A DNA stretch of 64,000 nt from Rebecca billardiae RCC1528 (GCA_965240325.2 OZ251241.1:1433352-1497351), one strand, 5' to 3'. Counted from the first letter of the stretch, positions 1 through 13,192 are shown. The notes: a model not told the origin generated them from the letters alone. Program-made: numbers and translations.

Positions 1-40
1 CACAGGCGGGCAGGCGGCGGCGGCGGCGGCGGCGACGCAC

Positions 41-3000
41 CAGCTTGGGCTTGTCGTCCTCGTTGGTGAACTCGCCTGCGTCGCAACGAGCGCGCGCGCG
101 CAGGGATGTAGAGAGCGAGCGAGACACGGGGGCACGCACGGGGGGCTCAGCCGCGCCGCGCCAGGCAGCCGCGCATGCCGCGCGCGCCGCGCTTGCCGCG
201 CCGCGCGCGAGCGCCGCGCCGCCCGCGCCGCGCACCGTCAAAGACGCGAATCGAGTCGAGCCACCAGTCGTCGTAGTTGAGCTCGGCGACGGGCTGCAGC
301 TCGCCGCCGCCGTCCTCGCACACGTACATCCGCTCGCCCGCGCCGCCCGCCAGCGCCGCCCACTGCTCGAGCCGCGTCCAGCCGCGCGTCTGGTAGCTCG
401 CCTTGTCACACTTGGCCCCGTGGTCGCGGTGCGTGGTCGGCGGCGCGACCGCGAGGAAGTGGTGGGCTGTGGAGGCGTAGAGATGGAGGGAGCCGATGGA
501 GAGGGCCTTGAGCGCGTCGCACGTCTGCGGCACCGAGACGTAGTCGATCTGCGCGCCGCGAGGCCACGCGCGCGCCGACGCGCCGAGGTCACGCGCGCGC
601 AGACGCGCGCGGCGGCGCGCGCCGCGCGAGACCGCGCGGTCGAGCGCGCGAGCGCGCGGCGCGGTGCGGTGCGGTGCGGTGCGGTGCGCGGCGCGGCCGT
701 GCTCACCCAGAGATAGACCGAGTCCGGGTCGATGCCTGCGCGCGTGCACAGCGCGTCCACCGCGCGCACGATGCACGGGTAGTGCACGCCCTCCGGGTCC
801 GGCTCGTCGAAGGCCAGCCACTGCGAGCGGCGCGCGCCCGCGGCGGTGGCGGCGGTGGCGGCGGCGTGTGAGCCCTTGACGGCGCGGCGCGGCGCGGCGC
901 GGCGCGGCGCGGCGCGGCGCGGCGCGGCGCGGCGCGGCCGGCGCGGCGCGCGCCGGCGGCGGTGGCGGCGTGGGGCCGCGGCGGCGCGCAGCGCGGCGGC
1001 GCGCGGCGCGCGGGCTCGCGACGGCGCACCTGGTGCGAGACGAACACGAGCGTGTGCTCCGCCGCGAACTCGAGCACCTGCCCGTAAGTGTCGCAAACAA
1101 CCAGCTCCGCCGCGTCGCGCACCGCCTCGTGCGGCAGCAGCTGGCCGTGGGCTCGGAAGTGGCGGAGGGGGACGTAGCACGCGGGGTAGGAGACGACGGT
1201 GGAGGCCTCGGTGGCGCGCACGACGCGCTCGGACATCTCCTTCTGCTGCTGCCGCCGCGCGGACTCGGCGGCGCGGTACCGCAGCACCGCCACCAAGAGC
1301 GCAGCACAGAGCAACACCGCGCCCGCCGCCGCGCCCGCCACCGCGGCAATGATCACAAGCCAGCGCGCCGACCCCTGCGGCTGCGAGGCGGGCGGCGCGG
1401 CGCGCTCCTTGCCGCCGCCGCCGTCGTCGTCGTCGTCATCGTCGTCGTCGTCGTCGTCAGCGGCGGCATCGGTGCTGCCGCCCGCGCCGCCCGCGCTGCC
1501 GTCCGCGGGCGGCGCCGTGCCGCCGTGCGCGAACACGACACTTCCGGAAAGTTCCCACCGGCCGCCGGCGTACGCGCCGACGTCGACGAGGGCAGGCGGC
1601 GCGCCGCCGGCCGGGCGCACAACGTTGGCGAGGCGGAAGGCGGCGGTGCGCGCCGAGCGGTCGCCGCGCTCGTCCAGCTCGACCGAGCCCGACAGCCCGT
1701 CGAACGTCGGCAGCCGCGCCTCGCCATCCCACCAGCGCACACCCGCAAACGCTGGCCGCGCGAGCCCGACGCTCGCGCCGCCGGCCGCCGCCGCGCGCGA
1801 CGCGCGGCACGCGGCGAGGCCGAGGGCGAGGACGGCGTCGAAGGCGAAGGCGGCGGCGTGGTCCGGCACGGCGCCGGCGCCGAAGTAGTCGGGCGGCAGC
1901 CCCTCCGCGCCCGGCGGCAGCAGACCGTTCACCGCCTCGGGCGCGATCAGAGCGCCGCGCGCCCACGCGGCCGAAAATTCCTCCCAGCCCGCTCGACCGT
2001 CGACGCCGCCGCGCGCGCTCACGTGCGTCGCGCCGACGAGCGCGTCGGAGAGCGTCGGCTGGCGCTCGGCGAGCTCGGCGAGGGCGCGCGCCGAGCTCGC
2101 GCCGGTGAGCACCCAGTGGTACCCGCCGCCCACCAGCCCCAGCGCCGTCGCGTTCGCCAGCAGCTGCGACAAGTCCTCGTCGTCCGCGGCCGCGACGACC
2201 ACCCGCGCGCCCGCGTCGCGCACGCGCGCGAGCGCGGCCGCGAGCGAGGGGGAGTCGAGGCGGTCGTACGGGGCGTCGACGAGCTCGATCCCGCGCGCGA
2301 CCGCCTCGCTCGCCAGCGCCGCGCCGAGCCCCGCGCCGAACGCGTCGCGCGCGTGCACGCACGCCGCGCGCCGCCACCCGAACGCGCGCAGATGCTCGGC
2401 GATGGCGCTCGCGCCGAGTGAATCCGAAGGAACGGTCCGGGCGAAGGTGGGGTAGCGGGCCGGATCGGCGAGCTCGGGCGCGGTGGAGGCGTACGAGAGG
2501 AGGGGCACACCGTGCAGCCCCGCCAGCGTCGCGACGGGCACCGACACGGCCGAGCGCGCCGCGCCCACCACCGCATCCCATGACGAGAGCGCCGCGCCGA
2601 CACCCGCCGCCGCCGCCGCCGCGCCGCCGCCACCGTCCGCCGCGGCGGATGCGTCGCACGCGGATGCGCCGCCGGCCGAGTCGGCCGAGCACGCGCCGCC
2701 GGCGCGGCCGTCGATGTACGCCGCGGCGCCCGCCGCGGCGTCCCCGTCCGTCGAGCGCAGGTGCAGCACGAGCTGCACGTCGCACGGCGCGCCGGCCGCG
2801 GCGCCGGCCGCGCCGGCCGCGGCCGTGAGCGCGCCGCCGCCGGCCGCGGCCGGCACGGAGGGCAGGAGCGAGGCGTTGCGGGCGTTCCACAGCCGCGCGG
2901 CGGCGAGCGCGGCGATCATCGCGTCGCGCTCGGCGGGGTGCGCCACCGAGCCCGCCCCGCGCCACAGCCGGCCGAGCACGCCCACGTGCACCACGAGCGC

Positions 3001-4407
3001 GGCGAGGCCATCCGGCGGCGCGGCCGCCGAGCCGTCAGCAAACGTGAGCGGCGGCGCGCCGGCCGCGTCCGCCCAGCTGCCGTCCGCGGCGGCGTACGTG
3101 GCGACGGCGGTGAGCGCGGGGGGGGCGGTGCCGTCGGCGTCGGGGTAGAGCACGTTGAGCAGCTCGTACGCCAGGTCCGATCCTTCTCGCTCGCCCGTGC
3201 GCGCGTCGAAGCGCACGCGCCCGCTCATGCCGATAAAGTCGAGCGCGCGCACCGCGCCGCTCAGCCGCGCGGCGTCGGCGAGCGCGGCGCCGTCGGCGAG
3301 CGCGCACGCGGCGAGGCCGAGGGCGGCGACGGCGTCGTACGAGTAGGCGACGCGAGGGGACGGCACGAGCGGCGCGCCGCTCGCGTTCGCGCCCGTCAGC
3401 CACGCCGCCGCCGCGCTCGCCGACGCCGCCGAGGGCATCGCGCCAACCGCCGCCGCCGCGTCCACCGTCGCCCACGCGGGCTCCGAAAATGCGCCGAAAG
3501 CGCCCGCGCGGTCGGCGCTCGGGCCGACGCGCACGGCGCCGTGGAGCAGCCGGCGCGCGCTCGGGCCCGTCGCGCCCGCGAGCGCGCCCTCGCTCACCCC
3601 GTCCGCCAGCACCACGTGCGAGTCCGGGCCGCCCAGTCCGGCCGCCGCCGCCGCCTCGAGCACGGCGCCGAGCTGGCCGTCGGCGATCGCTCCGACGAGC
3701 ACGCGCACCGGCGCGCCCGAGAGGGAGGTCATGCGCCGCGCGGCGGCGAGGAGGGCGGGCGGGTCGTCGTCAGGCCCGATCGAGCCGCGCACCACGCGCA
3801 CGCGCGCCTCGGCGCACAGCGCCTCGAGCGCGTCCGCCAGGCCGGCGCCGACCGCGTCGGTTCCGTGCAGCAGACCAATCTCGCGCCAGCCGTGCCGCGC
3901 GAGGTGCGCGGCGATGGCGGCGGCGGTGGCGCGGTCGCTCGCGACGGTGCGCGAGAAGAAGGCGTGCTCCACGGCGGACAGCGCGACCGCGCTCGACGCC
4001 GGCGAGACCTGCACGATCGGCACCGCCGGCCCGATGGCTGCCATCGGCAGCGAGGCGGCCGAGTCGTGCGCGCCGACCACGGCGTGCCAGCCGCGCGTGC
4101 GGCGGCCGTCGACGAGGGCGCGGGTGGCCGTGGCCGGGTCGTGCTCGCTGTCCACGACCTCCACCGCCAGCCGCGCCTCGCACCCGCGCACGGCCGAGCC
4201 GTTCAGCGCGCCCACGACCGCCGGCGAGCGCGCGTTGAAATGCGCAGCGGCCGCGAGCGCGCCGAGCGCGTGCTCGACGTGCGCGGCGTCGAGCGGCATG
4301 ACGAGTCCCAGCTTGAGGTCGAAGGGCGCGCCTCCCACCGAGGCGAGCCATGCAAGGCACAACGCGCGCGCCAACCGGCGCGCGCCCGGCGGGCTGCGCC
4401 CGGTCAT
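41..4407 (-). CDS. Single-pass receptor: signal peptide, two tandem Venus-flytrap (ANF_receptor/PBP type 1) domains, poly-Asp linker, TM helix, cytoplasmic HET/TIR-like domain; 3' end runs off the window
   Basis: Two copies of the class C GPCR/ANF motif set (AVVGAHDSAAS..QVSPASSAVALS..FFSRTVASD; AVVGAARSAVS..LLSYASTAPELADPARYPTFARTVPSD; YSYDAVAAL/FAFDAVLAL; FIGMSGRVRFD/FDGLSGSVELD) and a TM segment WLVIIAAVAG..LLVAVL. Manual GT-AG splicing gives exons 4407-1030, 820-707, 548-236 and 75-41, reading LVFVSHQ|WLAFDEPDP..VYLW|IDYVSVPQ..YQTRGWTRLEQW..FDG|EFTNEDDKPKL. Confidence 0.85.
878..945. repeat. (GCGCG)n pentamer microsatellite inside intron 1 of the receptor gene
   Basis: Tandem ggcgc units are directly visible; a (gcggt)n run lies at about 660-690 in intron 2. 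Confidence 0.9.
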
Positions 4408-4952
4408 CGTAGCCGCTGGGGGAGCTGCCTGCGCAGCTCACCGCCACGGCCGGGATCTCTCAGAGATGCGCTGCTCGTTCAAGGGAGTGTGTCATCAGCC
4501 TCGGCTCGTCGTCGCAATGATATGCGGCCGACGAAAAGGGAACCACATAATATGCTCGTTCAAGCCCACTGGGTACGTTTGCCTCAATTCGAAGACTCTG
4601 GTGGCGAGCGTTCAGGCTTTGTGGGCCGGCGTCTAATCAGAAAGACGTAATCAGTAAGACGGCGAGACTGACGACCACAAAAGCAAAATCATTGTGCCGC
4701 CGGTCACGTCTTCATTATGAAATTCGCGTAGCTTCGACTCTCAGTGTTGCCGATATGATCATTGGCGCGTCAAAGCTGCAAACTGCAAAGCGTTGCGCTT
4801 CCATGAGCAAGCGCCGTCAATACAGTACATACTCCCTTGATGGCTGCGCCATGGCTGATGCATCAAAGGACGGTGTCCATGCCGTCGCGGGCATGCACCA
4901 TCACCGTGTAGGCGTGTACTGGCTGGCCCTCGGGGTACGGCCATCAATCATA

Positions 4953-7127
4953 TCAGCGCCGTGAGCCGGGCGCGGTCCGAGTGTGTGTCTTCCATGCCAC
5001 GCTGTCGCGATCGTCGTTCGGCGACTTGCGCTCCTGCTGCATGAGCTCAAGTGCACGCGCATAGTCGAGCAGCGAGAGTGAACCGTGCTTCGAGGACGCC
5101 GCTGCCTTCTTCTCACGCCCGGCGGCCGTGCTGGCTCCAGTGCCCTCGTCGCTCTGGCAGCGCGTCTTCAGCTCGCGCAGCTTGTGCTCCTCCCACATCA
5201 AGAGCGACACCCCCGGGTTGAGCGCGCCGTACTCACACACGACCTCGTCCTCGAGGCAGCACGAACGCCTGCGCAGAGCGCGCAGCGTGAGCACGCGTGG
5301 GTTCCGCGTGTGCGCCACCTCCACCACTGCCGTGCGTGTGCCGTGCCGCGCAAGCAGCCACGAGCCATACGTGTCGTACTCGGAGAAGTGAAGGTTGGCG
5401 CCGACGTGCTCGTTGGCAAGCTCGAACACGGACCATGGGAAGCGCGGCGCGGCAGCGCTGCTGGTGCTTGCGCTGCGGCTGGCCTGCAGGAAGCTGTGCG
5501 CGCGCGCGCCGCAGCAGCGCGGGCGGTGGTGGGTGGGGTCCAGCGAGCGAGGAAGGAATTAGGATCGGCTCGCCTGAGCTCATCGCCTCGTCAATAAACA
5601 ACTGCGAAGCAGCCAGGCAGGCAACGGGGAGGCCTGGCACGACACGCGCACCAATAAGACCGACTCACACTCCGACACATGCAGGGCCACAGACAGCAGG
5701 CAGGCAGGACAAAGCATGAACCACAACCAGCCACTCAGCCAGCCAGCCTGCGCAGCAAACAACCAGTCGCACTCCTTGACAATGACGAGACGGTCCGAGT
5801 CGGCAGGCATTCAGGCGCGCGCTGCCGCGCACCTGTCCACGTGCGCGAGGAGATCACTCACCACAGCCTTGTCCAGTAGCATGTAGCCGCACGCGTAGTT
5901 GGCGACGACGCCTTGCCCCTGGGATGGTGGGGGCTGACGAGCGGACAGCGGACAGCGGGGCGCGCCGCAGTGGATGGATGGGGACGTGCACCGCAGGCAG
6001 GCAGCCAGCCAGCCAGCAGGCGGGTAGGGTGGGCGCGCGTGAGCATGCCTGCACGGTGCGCGCAGGCAGCGCAGCACGCTGCCGCCACGCGTGGGCCGGC
6101 ACACCCGCTCGGCTGCTGGGACCAGCCACGCGATGCTGTGTACAGTACAGCACAGCATACTGCAGCGCGCCACTTCGGCCGTGCGGCGTTGGCTCCAGGC
6201 TGTGTTGGCGGCAGCACCAGCGGCGCGACGCAGTAGTACCGCACCTTCCACTGCAGGCCTGTGAGCAGGGTGTAGAACTGATGCGGCGACTGCGCGCCAC
6301 CGACCGCCGCAGAACGCGCGTCCACCCGCCCGCTGCACAGCCGCGTGTGCGTCGCGTTCTGCAGCTCGACCCCGCTGAGCGCGATCACGTCGGCATCCCA
6401 CACCAGGTACTGGCTCGAGAGGGCCGGCAGGTGCAGGGCGACCCCCAGCTTGATGAACTGCTGCAGGTACCAGCCGACGCGGCGCGAGTCGCGCATCGCC
6501 TGGGAGGCGCGCTGCTCGAGCGCGGAGTAGGTCACGCCTGGCAGCACGGCTGCGAGAGGCAGTGCGGGCGGGCGCGGACGGGTGCCGGGAGCGGGCGGGG
6601 TTGATTGATACAAGAGCGTGTGAGTGAGCCGACGCTGGCTGGCACTGGCTGCGCGGATGCGGCACGCTGCACATGAGCAGTGGGCGTGCACGAGGCTGCG
6701 GGACGGCGGGTGTGCCGACCCACTGGCCACTGCCCCGGCCGGAAACATCGGCAGCGGCACACACACACACTGCTCGGCGCTCATCCGGGCGCGGGGCCTC
6801 CGCGGGCTCACCGTTTTCGTCCAGGCACGTGACATATGGCCGCTCACTCGCAATCGCCGCGCACTGCGACATGTACAGCGTCGGCGCGACCACGTACACC
6901 GTGCGCACGCCCATGTAACGCTTGAGCCGGTCGATCACAAGGCTTGTCGTGCACACGGTGGTGGATGCGGGGACGACGGCGTCGATGCCGGCGTGCTGGA
7001 AGCGCGGACCATGCTCGATGCATGCGGTGGACGGAGGCTGATCAACACCGTCGGGGGCGACCGCGCTGGCGGACGCGATCGTGAACATCGTAGTCAGCAG
7101 CGTCGCGACCGCCGCGTTCGCCGCCAT
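4953..7127 (-). CDS. Secreted/membrane-anchored DUF6492-like putative nucleotide-diphospho-sugar transferase (multi-exon)
   Basis: Hydrophobic N-terminus MAANAAVATLLTTMFTIASA; motifs RRVGWYLQQFIKL, YLVWDADVIAL (DxD) and HFSEYDTYG. Exons about 7127-6812, 6549-6245, 5918-5833, then less certain exons to the stop at 4953. Confidence 0.7.
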
Positions 7128-8260
7128 GAGGCTGCGCACGCCCGCCACAGTGATACGCTTCTGAGGCTGCGGGTGACCGCGGCGCGCGCTCTGCTTTTTA
7201 TTATTATATTGGCAATGCGGTTTGCTTCCGAAATAATAATAAATCGTCGTCGGACCGAGATCGAGACATCGAGTGGCCGCCACTCAGCAGCAGGGCCGGG
7301 CGGGCGCGCGGCCGGCGCGCCGGCCGCGCGGGTGGCACGGGGTCTAGTCAATGCCATCGGCATGCTGCTGAAATGTACAGCCCCCAACATCGGGCGGGAC
7401 TAGCGACGCTACTCAAGGTGCGCGCCGGCTTGCACCTGCATTCTGTCGCGTCGTCACCGATTTTGAGTGACGATGGATTGTGCGCACGCGGTCCCGCACC
7501 GCCACTGCGAGCCTGCTCCGCGAGCCCGCGGGGGCCCCGAGGCCGACTCGCCGCCGACGACGCCTGCGACGGACTGATGAGTGATGCCGTGGTGAGTGAT
7601 GCCGCCGCCGAGCGGAGCCTGAATGAATGGCGGCTGGCCGCCGGGCATGGTCCTGAATCCAGTAGGTCGTGATGGTCTCCGGGGGTGATGCCGTGGTCGT
7701 CGATCGCGCTGCACGAGGTGAGGCAAGCCAGCCTGTCAGAGCGAGTGTCGCGCCTCCGGAGTCAGAAGGAGTGGCCTCGGAGTCGAGGCCATCGCGCGGC
7801 CAAGAGACCCGAGCAGATGCAGGAAGCTGTGGCGTTGGTGTACAGTGCCGCGCGGACGCATCCGTAGCGATGAGATGTCAGGGCGGCGTGTTCATGCTTT
7901 TCTCTCTCGGGGCAGCTGGGTGGATGTGAGTGCGCGCGCCGGAGCGTGCGCGCGGCGCGCTCCGCCCCCGGCCGGGGGCGCCGCCGTCGCCCCGGCGGCG
8001 GGATCAGGCAGGGGCAGCGCGGCGGCGGCGCGCGCGGGCCCAGCACTCGATGGATAGATGCGATACGGCTCGCCATGTTGACACGATGGGGTACACACGT
8101 GCTGCTTCGCGCCGCTGGGCGCGGCGCGGCGGGCAGACGGAAGAAGCTGGCGGGAGGCGCGCGCCAGACCGCACCGGCAGCCCGGCGCGCGGCGCGCGGC
8201 GAGGGCCGCGCGCGCGTGGCGAGCCGCCGCGGGCAGCGCGCGCCGCCCGTCTAGCCACTG

Positions 8261-8695
8261 TCAGCGCGAGCGCGGGAGCGCCGCGCCGCCGACGGTTGCG
8301 CCCGAGGGCGGCCGGACGTGTGTGCGCGCCGTGAAGTAGTAGAGCAGTGCGACCGCCAGCACCGTCCGCCACGTGGGGAAGGTGAGCAAGATGGCGGCGG
8401 CGACGACACAGTTGATGGCGGGGATCTCGGTCTCCGGCAGCCCGAGTGGAGAGAACGCCGGGATCGAGACGTGGCGGTGCTCGATGCCGATGAAGCGCGC
8501 GAACGCGTCGAGCGGGTTTTTGGGCGGCGGCAAGCCGACGGGCTGGCCGGCGGCTGGCATGCTGGGCGGGGGCAGCGTCTGGGTCTGCGTCCGCGAGTGT
8601 GGGCCCACGTTGGGTGCCGCGCTGCTCTCTCTCGCGCTCGCGATGGCGCGAGGGTCGTCATCGGGCAGGATCTCGCCGTTGACGATCCGCACCAT
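8261..8695 (-). CDS. FAM241/DUF4605-like small membrane protein
   Basis: N-terminus MVRIVNGEILPDDDPR resembles the FAM241 N-terminus (MVRILANGEIVQDDDPR); C-terminal hydrophobic hairpin. Confidence 0.75.
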   Translation of the reverse strand: MVRIVNGEILPDDDPRAIASARESSAAPNVGPHSRTQTQTLPPPSMPAAGQPVGLPPPKNPLDAFARFIGIEHRHVSIPAFSPLGLPETEIPAINCVVAAAILLTFPTWRTVLAVALLYYFTARTHVRPPSGATVGGAALPRSR

Positions 8696-9034
8696 GATGC
8701 GTGCTGGGCTCGGAGCAGGCGTGCACCACTCCGACCGCTCGCGTCTGGACGCGCTTGGTGCAGCCGGCGGTAAACCGAGTGATGACGAATCTGCGCGTGG
8801 GGGGGAAGTTTACAGGAGAAGATGCTGAAGATCGCGATCCCGGCGGCGGCTCGATAGTCATGCTTCGCACCCGCCTCCGTAAGTACTACCGCCCGTAATT
8901 AGCAGAATGTTCGGCTCGGCCGGCTCAGGTATTATTCTAAAACCTGGCGAGGATGGCTGCGCGCTCGTTCCCCCCCGGCCGCTGGGCACCCGGACGCGTG
9001 GCGACTGGCCGCCGCACCGACCGCGCTCGGCTTG

Positions 9035-12000
9035 ATGACGACACGCTCGGCTCGCGGCGCGCGCGCGGCGCTGGCGGCGGCGCTGCTGCTCGCCCTCGGC
9101 GCGCACCCGGCGTGCGCGGCGTGGGCGCCGCGGCTCAAGCGCCGCGGCGGCGAGCCCGCCGTGCCCACCAAGCCCAGCCTCACGGCGGACGCGCCGTTCC
9201 ACGCGCGGCCGGCGGCCGACTGCGTGTCCGAGCTCGGCTCGTCGCTCGAGCGCGGGCTGGACGAGGCGACGGTCGCGGCGCGGCGCGAGGAGTTCGGCCC
9301 AAACGCCCTCGACACGCCCACGGGCCCGCCGCTCTGGCGCCTCTTCCTCGACCAGCTCGACGACGCGCTCGTGAAGGTGCTGCTCGTGACGGCGGCGGTC
9401 TCGCTCACGCTCGCGATCGTGGAGCGCGAGGAGCACGGCTGGGTGGAGCCGTTCGTGATCGTCTCGATCCTCGCGCTGAACGCAATCGTCGGCGTCTGGC
9501 AGGAGGTCTCCGCGCAGGGCGCCGTCGACGCGCTCAAGAAGCTCACGCCGCAGCGCGCGCGAGTGCTCCGCAACGGACGGTGGGACTCGGACGTCGCCGC
9601 GTCCGAGCTCGTGCCGGGCGACGTGATCGAGTGCCGCGTGGGCGACCGCGTGCCGGCGGACTGCCGGGTGCTCGAGCTCAAGACGACGACGGTGCGCGCC
9701 GAGGAGTCCTCGCTCACCGGCGAGTCCACCACCGTCGAGAAGGTGGCGGCGCCCGTCGACGCGGACGCGCCGCTCGCCGGCCGACAGTGCTGCCTGTACG
9801 CGTCGACGACGATCGCGTCGGGCGCGGTGGTGGCGCTGGTGCTGCGCACGGGGATGGGCACGGAGATCGGCAAGATCCAGCAGGGCGTGCAGGACGCGTC
9901 GGGCGAGCAGTCCGCCACGCCCCTCGCCCTCAAGCTCGAGGCGTTTGGCAAGCAGCTGACCGTGTTGATCGGGCTCATCTGCATCGGCGTGTGGGCGCTC
10001 TCCATCCCGCGCTTCGGCGACGCGGTGCACGGGAGCGTGTGGCGCGGCGCGCTGCACCACTTCAAGGCGTCGGTCGCGCTCGGCGTCGCCGCGATCCCCG
10101 AGGGCCTCCCCGCCGTCATCACCCTCTGCCTCTCCCTCGGCACGCGCCGGATGGCGCAGCGCAACGCGATCGTGCGCAAGCTGCCGTCGGTCGAGACGCT
10201 TGGCTGCACGACCGTGATCTGCTCGGACAAGACGGGCACGCTGACCACGAACCAGATGACGGTGGTGAAGCTGGTCCGGCCGTCGGCCTCGCGCGACGGG
10301 CTGCCGCTGCTGCACCACGACGTCTCCGGCACCGGCTACGCCACCAACGCCGGCACAGTGCAGGGCCTCGCGCCGCGCGACGCGGCGAGCCGCGGCGTGC
10401 GCGAGCTCGCCGCCGCGGCCGCGCTGTCGAACGACGCGCAGCTCGCGCTGGAGGAGGCGGCGGAGGGGCCGACGGCGCGCGGCGGGAGGCCGGAGCCCGC
10501 GCCGCGCAAGGTGATCGCCACGGGCGAGCCCACCGAGGCCGCGCTCCTCACGCTCGCGGGCAAGCTCGGCCGGCTGAGCGCTCAGCTCTCGCCGCCGCCC
10601 TCGCCCTCGGCCGCAGCCGACGGCGAGTCGCTCGAGCCCGACGGCGCGAGCGTGCCCGACGACCCGCGCGAGGCGCTGCGCAAGGTGGCGACCCTCGAGT
10701 TCACGCGCGCGCGCAAGTCCAAGTCCGCGCTCGTGCGCGACGCGAGCGGCGCGGCCGGCTCGGCGCGCCTGCTCGTGAAGGGCGCGCCCGACACGCTGCT
10801 CCCGCGCTGCACGGAAGTCCGGCTCCCGGACGGGAGCAGCGCGCGGCTCGACGCGCGCGCGCGGCGGGAGATCCAGGAGGCGTGCGCGGCGATGGGCAAG
10901 TCCGCGCTGCGCTGCATCGCGCTCGCCGTCAAGCCCACGCGCGCCCTCGGCTCGCTCGGCGGGTACGACGGCACGGAGGCGCACCGCGCGGCGCGCGCGC
11001 TCAAGCAGACGGAGCGATTCGCCGAGATCGAATCTGGGCTGACGTTCCTCGGGCTCGTGGGGATCCGCGACCCGCCGCGGCCGAGCGTGGGCCCGGCGAT
11101 CGCGTCGTGCCGCGCGGCCGGCGTGCGCGTCATGATGATGACCGGCGACTCGAAGGAGACCGCGCAGGCGGTCGCGAAGGACGTTGGCATCTTCCGGCCG
11201 GGCGACCCGCTCGAGGCGTGGACGTTTGTGGGCAAGGCGTTCTTCGAGTTGCCCGAGGCGCAGCAGCACGCGCTGCTGCGCTCGGGCAACCTGGTGTTCT
11301 GCCGGACCGAGCCCGCGGACAAGCAGAAGCTCGTGCGCATGCTCGCCTCGCTCGGCGAGGTCACCGCGATGACGGGCGACGGCGTGAACGACGCGCCCGC
11401 GCTCCGGCAGGCGGCCATCGGTGTTGCGATGGGCATCGCCGGCACCGAGGTGTCCAAGGAGGCGTCGGACATGGTGCTGGCGGACGACAACTTCGCGACG
11501 ATCGTCGCGGCGGTGGAGGAGGGCCGCTCGATCTACGCCAACATGAAGGCCTTCATCCACTACCTCATCACGTGCAACATCGGCGAGGTGTGCGCGATCG
11601 TGCTCGCGACCGCGCTCGGTCTCCCCGAGGTCCTCTCGCCCCTGCACCTGCTGTGGGTCAACCTCGTCACCGACGGGCCGCCCGCGACGGCGCTGGGGTT
11701 CAACCCGCCGGAGAAGGGGCTGATGGCGCAGAAGCCGCGCGGGTACACCGAGCGCCTCATCCCGCCCTTCACCATGCTCCGCTTCGCGCTCACGGGCGTC
11801 TACATCGGCGGCGTGTGCGTGGGCAGCTACGCGCACGCGTTCGCCCGCGAGTTTGGCGTGGCGCCGGCGCAGCTGCTCAACTGGCGCAAGTGCGCGAGCG
11901 AGGCGACGGAGGGCGTGGTGGCCGCCGCGGCGGGCGGCGCGCCGGACGCGGCGATGTGCGCGCTCTTCGCCGAGGGCAGCTACGCGCGCGCCAAGGCCTC

Positions 12001-12893
12001 CTCGGTCGCGCTCTCGGTGCGCGCCGCGCGCGCGCGCCGCGCGCGCGCGCCACCGGCGCCGCGCGCGCGCCCGCGCCGCCCGCGCCGGGCCGCCGCGCCG
12101 CGCCACCGCGCCACCGGCGCGCTGAGCGCCGCGCGCGCGCCGCGCCGCGCGCCGCGCCGCGCGCCGCAGGTGCTCGTGACGGTCGAGTGCATCCGCGCGT
12201 TCGCCGCCATCTCTGAGAAGCACTCGCTCCTGCAGGTGCCGCCATGGGCCAACCCCTACCTTGGGCTAGGCATGCTTGCGCAGGTGAGCGCGGCGCGGCG
12301 CGCGCGCTCGGCCAGCCTGCCGCGGCCGGCGCGCGCGGCCGATCCGTTGCGCGCGCGGCGCCGGCCTTGTGCGCGCCCGACGCGCCGCGCACGGGGAGTC
12401 GCGCGGCGCGCGGCGCGAGGCCGATCGCACGCGCGCGACGGGGCCGTGCGCGAGGGTCCGGCCGCTCCCCATCCGCCCTGGGGCGCGGCACGGCGCGCGC
12501 CGCGCAATGCATCACCCGCAATGGATCCCGGCTGCACTGACAGCCCTCCCATCCCGCCCCGTCGCGCGCGCGCTCGCGGCGACGCGCCCCACCCGCCTGC
12601 GCGCTTGCGCGCGCTCGCCGTGCCCGCGCGTCCGCACACCGCGCCGTCACGCTCACCCCGCCCGCGCCCACGCGCAGGTCGGGCTGCACTCCGCCATCCT
12701 GTACGTGCCCAAGCTGAGGCAGATGTTCAAGGTGCGCGCGCTCGACGCGGACGACTGGCGGCTCGTGCTGTGCTACGCCGCGCCCGTGCTCGTGCTCGAG
12801 GAGGCGCTCAAGCTGTGCCACCGATGGATCGAGCCGCCACCAAAGCCGGTGCCGGTGCCGCAGGCGGGCGCGGCGGGTGCGGGCACGGGCTGA
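9035..12893 (+). CDS. SERCA-type (P2A) Ca2+-transporting P-type ATPase with an N-terminal signal-peptide-like extension
   Basis: LTGES, AAIPEGLP, CSDKTGTLTTNQM, KGAP, DPPR, MTGD, MTGDGVNDAPAL, NIGE, WVNLVTDGPPA and an M8 Glu are present. Exons 9035-12016, 12170-12283, 12678-12893 with GT-AG introns. Confidence 0.95.
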
Positions 12894-13192
12894 GCGTCGG
12901 CGCCAATCCGGAGCAGGCCGGCGACGAGCCGGCCCCTCGCCAGCGCCGGCGCACCGTAGCCTCATACAGTACTGCTAGCTCGCGATCCTGAAGTGCGAGA
13001 CCGCTCAGCTCCGAGTCTCCGACGACTCGCGCGCGCGGCACGGCGTTATTCATATGCACGCGGCCGTTTCTACTCAAGCACGGCTCCGCCCGCGTCGGCG
13101 GGCCGACTGCGTCGCGTCGCCTGAGCGGCGGCAGTCGCGTGACACTGTCACTGACGTATGGGGGGGGGGGGCGAGATTTCTGAAGTTAGGTA

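Noticed and set aside
7400-8250. Short ORFs between the DUF6492-like and FAM241-like genes
   Set aside because: No recognisable motifs or consistent codon bias.
8858-12223. 1121-aa antisense ORF and 1087-aa alternative-frame ORF over the ATPase
   Set aside because: Shadow frames caused by GC3 bias; no motifs; the real frame carries all P-type signatures.
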